Assembly (NCBI GenBank): GCA_964016885.1
Contig: OZ024740.1
Coordinates: forward strand, 422,096,001 to 422,160,000
From: Eledone cirrhosa
Lineage: Eukaryota
DNA: 64,000 bases
Direction of reading: 5' to 3'
Under the pieces are notes generated by a model. It made no database searches. It had not been told where the DNA came from and saw only the letters and a list, made by a program, of their open reading frames with translations. The translations under genes were made by a program, and so were the position numbers. This document shows, one piece after another, positions 50,201-62,200 of the stretch (positions within the stretch are counted from its first letter, which is position 1; each line of letters begins with the position of its first letter).

Positions 50201-53200
50201 TAAGACAGCAGGTTTCTAGTTCAGTGTAATTTTGTAAGAGTTACTGTCTCAATATCTGCCCTAAGACTGGAGGTTTCTAGTTCAGTGTAGTTTTATGAGA
50301 GTTACTGTCTCAATATCTGCTCTATGGTAGCAGGTTTCTAGTTCAGTGTAATTGTGTAAGAGTTACTGCCTCAATATCTGCCCTAAGGTAGCTGGTTCAT
50401 AGTTCAGTGTAATTTTGTAAGAGTTACTGCCTCAATATCTGCCCTAATGTAGCAGGTTTCTAGTTCACTGTTGTTTTGTAAGAGTTGCTGTCTCAATATC
50501 TGCCCTAAGGTAGCAGGTTTCTAGTTCAGTGTAATTTTGTAAGAGTTACTGCCTCAATATCTGCCCTAAGGTAAAAGGTTTCTTGTTCAGCGTAATTTTG
50601 GAAGAGTTACTGCCTCAATATCTGCCCTAAGGTAGCAGGTTTCTAGTTCAGTGTAATTGTGTAAGAGTTACTGTCTCAATATCTGCCCTAAGGTAGCAGG
50701 TTTCTAGTTAGTGTAATTTTCTAAGAGTTATTGCCTCAATATCTGCCCTAAGGTAGCAGGTTTCTAGTTCAGTGTAATTTTTCAAGAGTTACTGTCTCAA
50801 TATCTGCCCTAAGGTAGCAGGTTTCTAGTTCAGTGTTGTTTTGTAAGAGTTACTGCCTCAATATCTGCCCTAAGGAAGCAGGTTTCTAGTTCAATGTTGT
50901 TTTGTAAGAGTTACTGCCTCAATATCTGCCCTATGGTAGCAGATTTCTAGTTCACTGAAATTTTGTAAGAGTTACTATCTCAATATCTGCCCTAAGGTAG
51001 CAGGTTTCTAGTTCAGTGTTGTTTTGTAAGTGTTACTGCCTCAATATCTGCCCTATTGTAGCAGGTTTCTAGTTCAGTGTTGTTTTGTAAGATTTACTGC
51101 CTCAATATCTGCCCTAACGTAGCAGGTTTCTAGTCAGTGTTGCTTTGTAAGAGTTACTGCTTCAATATGTGCCTTAAGGTAGCAGGTTTCTACTTCAGTG
51201 TTGTTTTGTAAGAGTTACTGTCACAATATCTGCCCGAAGGTAGCAGGTTTCTAGTTTAGTGTAATTTTGTAAGAGTTACTTCATCAATATCTGCCCTAAG
51301 GTATCATGTTTTTAGTTCACTGTAATTTTGTAAGAGTTACTGCCTCATTATCTGCCCTAAGGTAGCAGGTTTCTAGTTCAGTGTAATTTTCTAAGAGTTA
51401 CTGCCTCAATATTTGGCCTAAGTTAGCAGGTTTCTAGTTCAGTGTTGTTTTGTAAGATTTACTGCCTCAATATCTGCCCTAATGTAGTAGGTTTCTAGTT
51501 CAGTGTAGTTTTGTAAGAGTTACTATCTCAATATCTGCCCTAAGTTAGCAGGTTTCTAGTTCAGTGTAGTTTTGTAAGAGTTTCTATCTCAATATCTGCC
51601 CTAAGGTAGCAGCTTTCTAGTTCAGTGTTGTTTTGTAAGATTTACTGCCTCAATATCTGCCCTAATGTAGTAGGTTTCTAGTTCAGTGTAGTTTTGTAAG
51701 AGTTACTATCTCAATATCTGCCCTAAGTTAGCAGTTTTCTAGTTCAGTGTTGTTTTGTAAGAGTTATCGTCTCAATATCTGCCCTAAGGTAGCAGGTTTC
51801 TAGTTCAGTGTTGTTTTGCAAGAGTTACTGCCTCAATATATGCCCTAAGGTAGCAGGTTTCTAGTTCACTGAAATTTTTAAGAGTTACTATCTCAATATT
51901 TGCCCTAAGGTAGCAGGTTTCTAGTTCAGTGTTGTTTTGTAAGTGTTACTACCTCAATATCTGCCCTAATGTAGCAGGTTTCTAGTTCACTGTTGTTTTG
52001 TAAGAGTTGCTGTCTCAATATCTGCCCTAAGGTAGCAGGTTTCTAGTTCAGTGTAATTTTGTAAGAGTTACTGCCTCAATATCTGCCCTAAGGTAAAAGG
52101 TTTCTTGTTCAGCGTAATTTTGGAAGAGTTACTGCCTCAATATCTGCCCTAAGGTAGCAGGTTTCTAGTTCAGTGTAATTGTGTAAGAGTTACTGTCTCA
52201 ATATCTGCCCTAAGGTAGCAGGTTTCTAGTTAGTGTAATTTTCTAAGAGTTATTGCCTCAATATCTGCCCTAAGGTAGCAGGTTTCTAGTTCAGTGTAAT
52301 TTTTCAAGAGTTACTGTCTCAATATCTGCCCTAAGGTAGCAGGTTTCTAGTTCAGTGTTGTTTTGTAAGAGTTACTGCCTCAATATCTGCCCTAAGGAAG
52401 CAGGTTTCTAGTTCAATGTTGTTTTGTAAGAGTTACTGCCTCAATATCTGCCCTATGGTAGCAGATTTCTAGTTCACTGAAATTTTGTAAGAGTTACTAT
52501 CTCAATATCTGCCCTAAGGTAGCAGGTTTCTAGTTCAGTGTTGTTTTGTAAGTGTTACTGCCTCAATATCTGCCCTATTGTAGCAGGTTTCTAGTTCAGT
52601 GTTGTTTTGTAAGATTTACTGCCTCAATATCTGCCCTAACGTAGCAGGTTTCTAGTCAGTGTTGCTTTGTAAGAGTTACTGCTTCAATATGTGCCTTAAG
52701 GTAGCAGGTTTCTACTTCAGTGTTGTTTTGTAAGAGTTACTGTCACAATATCTGCCCGAAGGTAGCAGGTTTCTAGTTTAGTGTAATTTTGTAAGAGTTA
52801 CTTCATCAATATCTGCCCTAAGGTATCATGTTTTTAGTTCACTGTAATTTTGTAAGAGTTACTGCCTCATTATCTGCCCTAAGGTAGCAGGTTTCTAGTT
52901 CAGTGTAATTTTCTAAGAGTTACTGCCTCAATATTTGGCCTAAGTTAGCAGGTTTCTAGTTCAGTGTTGTTTTGTAAGATTTACTGCCTCAATATCTGCC
53001 CTAATGTAGTAGGTTTCTAGTTCAGTGTAGTTTTGTAAGAGTTACTATCTCAATATCTGCCCTAAGTTAGCAGGTTTCTAGTTCAGTGTAGTTTTGTAAG
53101 AGTTTCTATCTCAATATCTGCCCTAAGGTAGCAGCTTTCTAGTTCAGTGTTGTTTTGTAAGATTTACTGCCTCAATATCTGCCCTAATGTAGTAGGTTTC

Positions 53201-56200
53201 TAGTTCAGTGTAGTTTTGTAAGAGTTACTATCTCAATATCTGCCCTAAGTTAGCAGTTTTCTAGTTCAGTGTTGTTTTGTAAGAGTTATCGTCTCAATAT
53301 CTGCCCTAAGGTAGCAGGTTTCTAGTTCAGTGTTGTTTTGTAAGAGTTACTGCCTCAATATATGCCCTAAGGTAGCAGGTTTCTAGTTCACTGAAATTTT
53401 TAAGAGTTACTATCTCAATATTTGCCCTAAGGTAGCAGGTTTCTAGTTCAGTGTTGTTTTGTAAGTGTTACTACCTCAATATCTGCCCTAATGTAGCAGG
53501 TTTCTAGTTCACTGTTGTTTTGTAAGAGTTGCTGTCTCAATATCTGCCCTAAGGTAGCAGGTTTCTAGTTCAGTGTAATTTTGTAAGAGTTACTGCCTCA
53601 ATATCTGCCCTAAGGTAAAAGGTTTCTTGTTCAGCGTAATTTTGGAAGAGTTACTGCCTCAATATCTGCCCTAAGGTAGCAGGTTTCTAGTTCAGTGTAA
53701 TTGTGTAAGAGTTACTGTCTCAATATCTGCCCTAAGGTAGCAGGTTTCTAGTTAGTGTAATTTTCTAAGAGTTATTGCCTCAATATCTGCCCTAAGGTAG
53801 CAGGTTTCTAGTTCAGTGTAATTTTTCAAGAGTTACTGTCTCAATATCTGCCCTAAGGTAGCAGGTTTCTAGTTCAGTGTTGTTTTGTAAGAGTTACTGC
53901 CTCAATATCTGCCCTAAGGAAGCAGGTTTCTAGTTCAATGTTGTTTTGTAAGAGTTACTGCCTCAATATCTGCCCTATGGTAGCAGATTTCTAGTTCACT
54001 GAAATTTTGTAAGAGTTACTATCTCAATATCTGCCCTAAGGTAGCAGGTTTCTAGTTCAGTGTTGTTTTGTAAGTGTTACTGCCTCAATATCTGCCCTAC
54101 TGTAGCAGGTTTCTAGTTCAGTGTTGTTTTGTAAGATTTACTGCCTCAATATCTGCCCTAACGTAGCAGGTTTCTAGTCAGTGTTGCTTTGTAAGAGTTA
54201 CTGCCTCAATATCTGCCCTAAGGTAGCAGGTTTCTAGTTCAGTGTTGGTTTGTAAGAGTTACTGCTTCAATATCTGCCTTAAGGTAGCAGGTTTCTACTT
54301 CAGTGTTGTTTTGTAAGAGTTACTGTCACAATATCTGCCCGAAGGTAGCAGGTTTCTAGTTTAGTGTAATTTTGTAAGAGTTACTGCATCAATATCTGCC
54401 CTAAGGTATCATGTTTTTAGTTCACTGTAATTTTGTAAGAGTTACTGCCTCATTATCTGCCCTAAGGTAGCTGGTTTCTAATTCAGTGTAATTTTCTAAG
54501 AGTTACTGCCTCAATATTTGGCCTAAGTTAGCAGGTTTCTAGTTCAGTGTTGTTTTGTAAGATTTACTGCCTCAATATCTGCCCTAATGTAGTAGGTTTC
54601 TAGTTCAGTGTAGTTTTGTAAGAGTTACTATCTCAATATCTGCCCTAAGTTAGCAGGTTTCTAGTTCAGTGTAGTTTTGTAAGAGTTTCTATCTCAATAT
54701 CTGCCCTAAGGTAGCAGCTTTCTAGTTCAGTGTTGTTTTGTAAGAGTTACTGCCTCAATATCTGCCCTAATGTAGTAGGTTTCTAGTTCAGTGTAGTTTT
54801 GTAAGAGTTACTAGCTCAATATCTGCCCTAAGTTAGCAGGTTTCTAGTTCAGTGTTGTTTTGTAAGATTTACTGCCTCAATATCTGCCCTAATGTAGTAG
54901 GTTTCTAGTTCAGTGTAGTTTTGTAAGAGTTACTATCTCAATATCTGCCCTAAGTTAGCAGTTTTCTAGTTCAGTGTTGTTTTGTAAGAGTTATCGTCTC
55001 AATATCTGCCCTAAGGTAGCAGGTTTCTAGTTCAGTGTTGTTTTGTAAGAGTTACTGCCTCAATATATGCCCTAAGGTAGCAGGTTTCTAGCTCACTGAA
55101 ATTTTTAAGAGTTACTATCTCAATATTTGCCCTAAGGTAGCAGGTTTCTAGTTCAGTGTTGTTTTGTAAGTGTTACTACCTCAATATCTGCCCTAATATA
55201 GCAGGTTTCTGGTTCAGTGTTGTTTTGTAAGAGTTACTGCCTCAATATCAGCCCTAAGGTAGCAGGTTTCTAGTTCAGTGTAATTTTGTAAGAGTTACTG
55301 CCTCAATGTCTGCCCTAACGTAGCAGGTTTCTAGTTCAGTGTTGTTTTGTAAGAGTTACTGCCTCAATATCTGCCATAAGGTAGCAGGTTTCTAGTTCAG
55401 TGTTGTTTTGTAATAGTTACTGTCTCAATATCTGCCCTAAAGTAGCAGGTTTCTAGTTCAGTGTTGCTTTGTAAGAGTTACTGCCTCAATATCTGCCCTA
55501 AGGTAGCAGGTTTCTAGTTCACTGAAATTTTGTAAGATTTACTATCTCAATATCTGCCCTAAGGTAGCAGGTTTCTAGTTCAGTGTTGTTTTGTAAGAGT
55601 TACTGACTCAATATCTGCCCTAGGGTAGCAGGTTTCTAGTACAGTGTTGCTTTGTAAGAGATACTGCCTCAATATCTGCCCTAACGTAGCAGGTTTCTAC
55701 TTCAGTGTTGTTTTGTAAGAGTTATTGTCTCAATATCTGCCCTAAGGCAGCAGGTTTCTAGTTCAGTGTTGTTTTGTAAGAGTTACTGCCTCAATATCTG
55801 CCCTAAGACAGCAGGTTTCTAGTTCAGTGTAATTTTGTAAGAGTTACTGTCTCAATATCTGCCCTAAGACTGCAGGTTTCTAGTTCAGTGTAGTTTTATG
55901 AGAGTTACTGTCTCAATATCTGCTCTATGGTAGCAGGTTTCTAGTTCAGTGTAATTGTGTAAGAGTTACTGCCTCAATATCTGCCCTAAGGTAGCTGGTT
56001 TATAGTTCAGTGTAATTTTGTAAGAGTTACTGCCTCAATATCTGCCCTAATGTAGCAGGTTTCTAGTTAAGTGTAATTTTGTAAGAGTTACTGCCTCAAT
56101 ATCTGCCCTAAGGTAAAAGGTTTCTTGTTCAGCGTAATTTTGGAAGAGTTACTGCCTCAATATCTGCCCTAAGGTAGCAGGTTTCTAGTTCAGTGTAATT

Positions 56201-59200
56201 GTGTAAGAGTTACTGTCTCAATATCTGCCCTAAGGTAGCAGGTTTCTAGTTCAGTGTAATTTTCTAAGAGTTACTGCCTCAATTACTGCCCTAAGGTAGC
56301 AGGTTTCTAGTTCAGTGCAATTTTGTAAGAGTTACTGCCTCAATATCCGCCCTAAGGTAGAAGATTTCTAGTTCAGTGTTATTTTGTAAGAGTTAGTGCC
56401 TCAATATCTGCCCTAAGGTAGCAGGTTTCTAGTTCACTGAAATTTTGTAAGAGTTACTATCTCAATATATGCCCTAAGGTAGCAGGTTTCTAGTCCAGTG
56501 TTGTTTTGTAAGAGTTACTGTCTCAATATCTGCCCTAAGGTAGCAGGTTTCTAGTTCAGTGTAATTTTTTAAGAGTTACTGCCTCAATATCTGCCCTAAG
56601 GTAGAAGGTTTCTAGTTCAGTGTAATTTTGTAAGAGTTACTGCCTCAATATCTGCCCTAACGTAGCAGGTTTCTAGTTCAGTGTTATTTTGTAAGAGTTA
56701 CTGCCTCAATATCTGCCCTAAGGTAGCAGGTTTCTAGTTCAGTGTAATTTTTCAAGAGTTACTGTCTCAATATCTGCCCTAAGGTAGCAGGTTTCTAGTT
56801 CAGTGTTGTTTTGTAAGAGTTACTGCCTCAATATCTGCCCTAAGGAAGCAGGTTTCTAGTTCAATGTTGTTTTGTAAGAGTTACTGCCTCAATATCTGCT
56901 CTATGGTAGCAGATTTCTAGTTCACTGAAATTTTGTAAGAGTTACTATCTCAATATCTGCCCTAAGGTAGCAGGTTTCTAGTTCAGTGTTGTTTTGTAAG
57001 TGTTACTGCCTCAATATCTGCCCTAATGTAGCAGGTTTCTAGTTCAGTGTTGTTTTGTAAGATTTACTGTCTCAATATCTGCCCTAACGTAGCAGGTTTC
57101 TAGTCAGTGTTGCTTTGTAAGAGTTACTGCCTCATTATCTGCCCTAAGGTAGCAGGTTTCTAGTTAGTGTAATTTTCTAAGAGTTATTGCCTCAATATCT
57201 GCCCTAAGGTAGCAGGTTTCTAGTTCAGTGTAATTTTCTAAGAGTTACTGCCTCAATATCTGCCCTAAGGTAGCAGGTTTCTAGTTCAGTGCAATTTTGT
57301 AAGAGTTACAGCCTCAATATCCGCCCTAAGGTAGAAGATTTCTAGTTCAGTGTTATTTTGTAAGAGTTAGTGCCTCAATATCTGCCCTAAGGTAGCAGGT
57401 TTCTAGTTCACTGAAATTTTGTAAGAGTTACTATCTCAATATCTGCCCTAAGGTAGCAGGTTTCTCGTTCAGTGTAATTTTGTAAGAGTTACTGCATCAA
57501 TATCTGCCCTAGGGTAGCAGGTTTATAGTTCAGTGTAATTTTGTAAGAGTTACTGCCTCAATATCTGCCCTAAGGTAGCAGGTTTCTAGTTCAGTGTTGG
57601 TTTGTAAGAGTTACTGCTTCAATATCTGCCTTAAGGTAGCAGGTTTCTACTTCAGTGTTGTTTTGTAAGAGTTACTGTCACAATATCTGCCCGAAGGTAG
57701 CAGGTTTCTAGTTTAGTGTAATTTTGTAAGAGTTACTGCATCAATATCTGCCCTAAGGTATCATGTTTTTAGTTCACTGTAATTTTGTAAGAGTTACTGT
57801 CTCAATATCTGCCCTAAGACAGCAGGTTTCTAGTTCAGTGTTGTTTTATGAGAGTTACTGTCTCAATATCTGCCCTAAGACAGCAGGTTTCTCGTTCAGT
57901 GTTGTTATGTAAGAGTTACTACATCAATATCTGCCCTAAGGTAGCAGATTTCTAGTTCAGTGTAATTTTGTAAGAGTTGCTGCCTCAATATCTGCCCTAA
58001 GGTAGAAGGTTTCTAGTTCAGTGTAATTTTGTAAGAGTTACTGCCTCAATATCTGCCCTAAGGTAGCAGGTTTCTACTTCAGTGTTGTTTTGTAAGAGTT
58101 ACTGTCCCAATATCTGCCCGAAGGGAGCAGGTTTCTAGTTTAGTGTAATTTTGTAAGAGTTACTGCATCAATATCTGCCCTAAGGTAGCATGTTTCTAGT
58201 TCACTGTAATTTTGTAAGAGTTACTGTCTCAATATCTGCCCTAAGTTAGCAGGTTTCTTGTTCGGTGTTGCTTTGTAAGAGTTACTGCCTCAATATCTGC
58301 CCTAAGGTAGCAGGTTTCTACTTCAGTGTTGTTTTGTAAGAGTTACTGCATCAATATCTGCCCGAAGGTAGCAGGTTTCTAGTTTAGTGTAATTTTGTAA
58401 GAGTTACTGCATCAACATCTGCCCTAAGGTAGCAGGTTTCTAGTTCAGTGTGGTTTTGTAAGAGTTACTGTCTCAATATCTGCCCTGAGACAGCAGGTTT
58501 CCAGTTCAGTGTAATTTTGTAAGAGTTACTGCATCAATATCTGTCCTAAGGTAGCAGGTTTCTAGTTCAGTGTAATTTTGTAAGAGTTACTGCCTCAATA
58601 TCTGCCCTAAGGTAGCAGGTTTCTAGTTCAGTGTGGTTTTGTAAGAGTTACTGTCTCAATATTTGCCATAATGTAGCAGGTTTCTAGTTCAGTGTTGTTT
58701 TGTAAGTGTTACTGCCTCAATATCTGCCCTAATGTAGCAGGTTTCTAGTTCAGTGTTGTTTTGTAAGAGTTACTGCCTCAATATCTGCCCTAACGTAGCA
58801 GGTTTCTAGTTCAGTGTTGTTTTGTTATAGTTACTGCCTCAATATCTGCCCTAAGGTAGCAGGTTTCTAGTCAGTGTTGCTTTGTAAGAGTTACTGCCTC
58901 AATATCTGCCCTAAGGTAGCAGGTTTCTAGTCCAGTGTTGCTTTGTAAGAGTTACTGCCTCAATATCTGCCCTACGGTATCAGGTTTCAACTTCAGTGTT
59001 GTTTTGTAAGAGTTACTGTCCCAATATCTGCCCGAAGGTTAGCAGGTTTCTAGTTTAGTGTAATTTTGTAAGAGTTACTGCATCAATATCTGCCCTAAGA
59101 CAGCAGGTTTCTAGTTCACTGTAATTTTGTAAGAGTTACTGTCTCAATATCTGCCCTAAGGTAGCAGGTTTCTAGTTCAGTGTAATTTTGTAAGAGTTAC

Positions 59201-62200
59201 TGCCTCAATATCTGCCCTAAGGTAGCAGGTTTCTAGTTCAGTGTTATTTTGTAAGAGTTACTGACTCATTATCTGCCCTAAGGTAGCAGGTTTCTAGTTT
59301 AGTGTTGTTATGTAAGAGTTACTATCTCAATACCTGCCCTAAGGTGGAAGGTTTCTAGTTCAGTGTAATTTTGTAAGAGTTACTGCCTCAATATCTGCTT
59401 TAAGGTAGCAGGTTTCTAGTTCAGTGTTGTTTTGTAAGAGTTACTGACTCATTATCTGCCCTAAGGTAGCAGGTTTCTAGTTCAGTGTAGTTTTGTAAGA
59501 GTTACTGTCTCAATATCTGCCCTAAGGTAGCAGGTTTCTAGTTCAGTGTAATTTTGTAAGAGTTACTGCTTCAATATCTGCCCTAAAGTAGCAGGTTTCT
59601 ACTTCAGAGTTGTTTTGTAAGAATTACTGTCTCAATATCTGCCCTAAGGTAGCAGGTTTCTAGTTCAGTGTGGTTTTGTAAGAGTTACTGTCTCAATATC
59701 TGCCCTGAGACAGCAGGTTTCTAGTTCAGTGTTGTTTTATGAGAGTTACTGCCTCCTCAATATCTGCCCTAAGGTAGCAGGTTTCTAGTTCAGTGTTGTT
59801 TTGTAACAGTTACTGTCTCAATATCTGCCCTAAGACAGCAGGTTTCTAGTTCAGTGTTGTTTTATGAGAGTTACTGCCTCAATATCTGCCCTAACGTAGC
59901 AGGTTTCTAGTTCACTGTTGTTTTGTAAGAGTTATTGTCTCAATATCTGCCCTAAGGTAGCAGGTTTCTAGTTCAGTGTTGTTATGTAAGAGTTACTGCA
60001 TCAATATCTGCCCTAACGTAGCAGGTTTCTACTTCAGTGTTGTTTTGTAAGAGTTATTGTCTCAATATCTGCCCTAAGGCAGCAGGTTTCTAGTTCAGTG
60101 TTGTTATGTAAGAGTTACTGCATCAATATCTGCCCTAAGGTAGCAGGTTTCTAGTTCACTGTAATTTTGTAAGAGTTACTGCCTCAATATCTGCCCTAAG
60201 GTAGCAGGTTTCTAGTTCAGTGTGGTTTTGTAAGAGTTACTGTCTCAATATTTGCCATAATGAAGCAGGTTTCTAGTTCAGTGTTGTTTTGTAAGTGTTA
60301 CTGCCTCAATATCTGCCCTAATGTAGCAGGTTTCTAGTCCGGTGTTGTTTTGTAAGAGTTACTATCTCAATATCTGCCCTAAGGTTGCAGGTTTCTAGTT
60401 CACTGTAATTTTGTAAGAGTTACTGCCTCAATATCTGCCCTAAGGTAGCAGGTTTCTCGTTCAGTGTGGTTTTGTAAGAGTTACTGTCTCAATATCTGCC
60501 ATAATGTAGCAGGTTTCTAGTTCAGTGTTGTTTTGTAAGTGTTACTGCCTCAATATCTGCCCTAATGTAGCAGGTTTCTAGTTCAGTGTTGTTTTGTAAG
60601 AGTTACTGCCTCAATATCTGCCCTAACGTAGCAGGTTTCTAGTTCAGTGTTGTTTTGTTATAGTTACTGCCTCAATATCTGCCCTAAGGTAGCAGGTTTC
60701 TAGTCAGTGTTGCTTTGTAAGAGTTACTGCCTCAATATCTGCCCTAAGGTAGCAGGTTTCTAGTTCAGTGTTGCTTTGTAAGAGTTACTGCCTCAATATC
60801 TGCCCTAAGGTAGCAGGTTTCTACTTCAGTGTTGTTTTGTAAGAGTTACTGTCCCAATATTTGCCCGAAGGTAGCAGGTTTCTAGTTTAGTGTAATTTTG
60901 TAAGAGTTACTGCATCAATATCTGCCCTAAGGTAGCAGGTTTCTAGTTCAGTGTTGTTTTGTAAGAGTTACTGACTCATTATCTGCCCTAAGGTAGCAGG
61001 TTTCTAGTTCAGTGTAGTTTTGTAAGAGTTACTGTCTCAATATCTGCCCTAAGGTAGCAGGTTTCTAGTTCAGTGTTGTTTTGTAACAGTTACTGTCTCA
61101 ATATCTGCCCTAAGACAGCAGGTTTCTAGTTCAGTGTTGTTTTATGAGAGTTACTGTCCCAATATCTGCCCTAAGGTAGCAGGTTTCTCGTTCAGTGTTG
61201 TTATGTAAGAGTTACTGCCTCAATAACTGCCCTAAGGTAGCAGGTTTCTAGTTCAGTGTAATTTTGTAACAGTTACTGCCTCAATATCTGCCCTAAGGTA
61301 GAAGGTTTCTAGTTCAGTGTAATTTTGTAAGAGTTACTGCCTCAATATCTGCCCTAAGGTAGCAGGTTTCTAGTTCAGTGTAATTTTGTAAGAGTTACTG
61401 TCTCAATATCTGCCCTAAGGTAGCAGGTTTCTAGTTCAGTGTTGTTTTGTAAGAGTTACTGAGTCATTATCTGCCCTAAGGTAGCAGGTTTCTAGTTCAG
61501 TGTAGTTTTGTAAGAGTTACTGTCTCAATATCTGCCCTAAGGTAGCAGGTTTCTAGTTCAGTGTAATTTTGTAAGAGTTACTGCTTCAATATCTGCCCTA
61601 AAGTAGCAGGTTTCTACTTCAGAGTTGTTTTGTAAGAATTACTGTCTCAATATCTGCCCTAAGGTAGCAGGTTTCTAGTTCAGTGTGGTTTTGTAAGAGT
61701 TACTGTCTCAATATCTGCCCTGAGACAGCAGGTTTCCAGTTCAGTGTTGTTTTATGAGAGTTACTGCCTCAATATCTGCCCTAAGGAAGCAGGTTTCTAG
61801 TTCAGTGTTGTTATGTAAGAGTTACTGCATCAATATCTGCCCTAACGTAGCAGGTTTCTACTTCAGTGTTGTTTTGTAAGAGTTACTGCCTCAATGTCTG
61901 CCCTAAGGTAGCAGGTTTCTAGTTCAGTGTAATTTTGTAAGAGTTAATATCTCAATATCTGCCCTAAGGTAGCAGGTTTCTACTTCAGTGTTGTTTTGTA
62001 AGAGTTACTGCATCAATATCTGTCCTAAGGTAGCAGGTTTCTAGTTCAGTGTAATTTTGTAAGAGTTACTGCCTCAATATCTGCCCTAAGGTAGCAGGTT
62101 TATAGTTCAGTGTTGTTTTGTAAGAGTTACTGCCTCAATATCTGCCCTAAGGTAGCAGGTTTCTAGTTCAGTGTAATTTTGTAAGAGTTACTGCCTCAAT

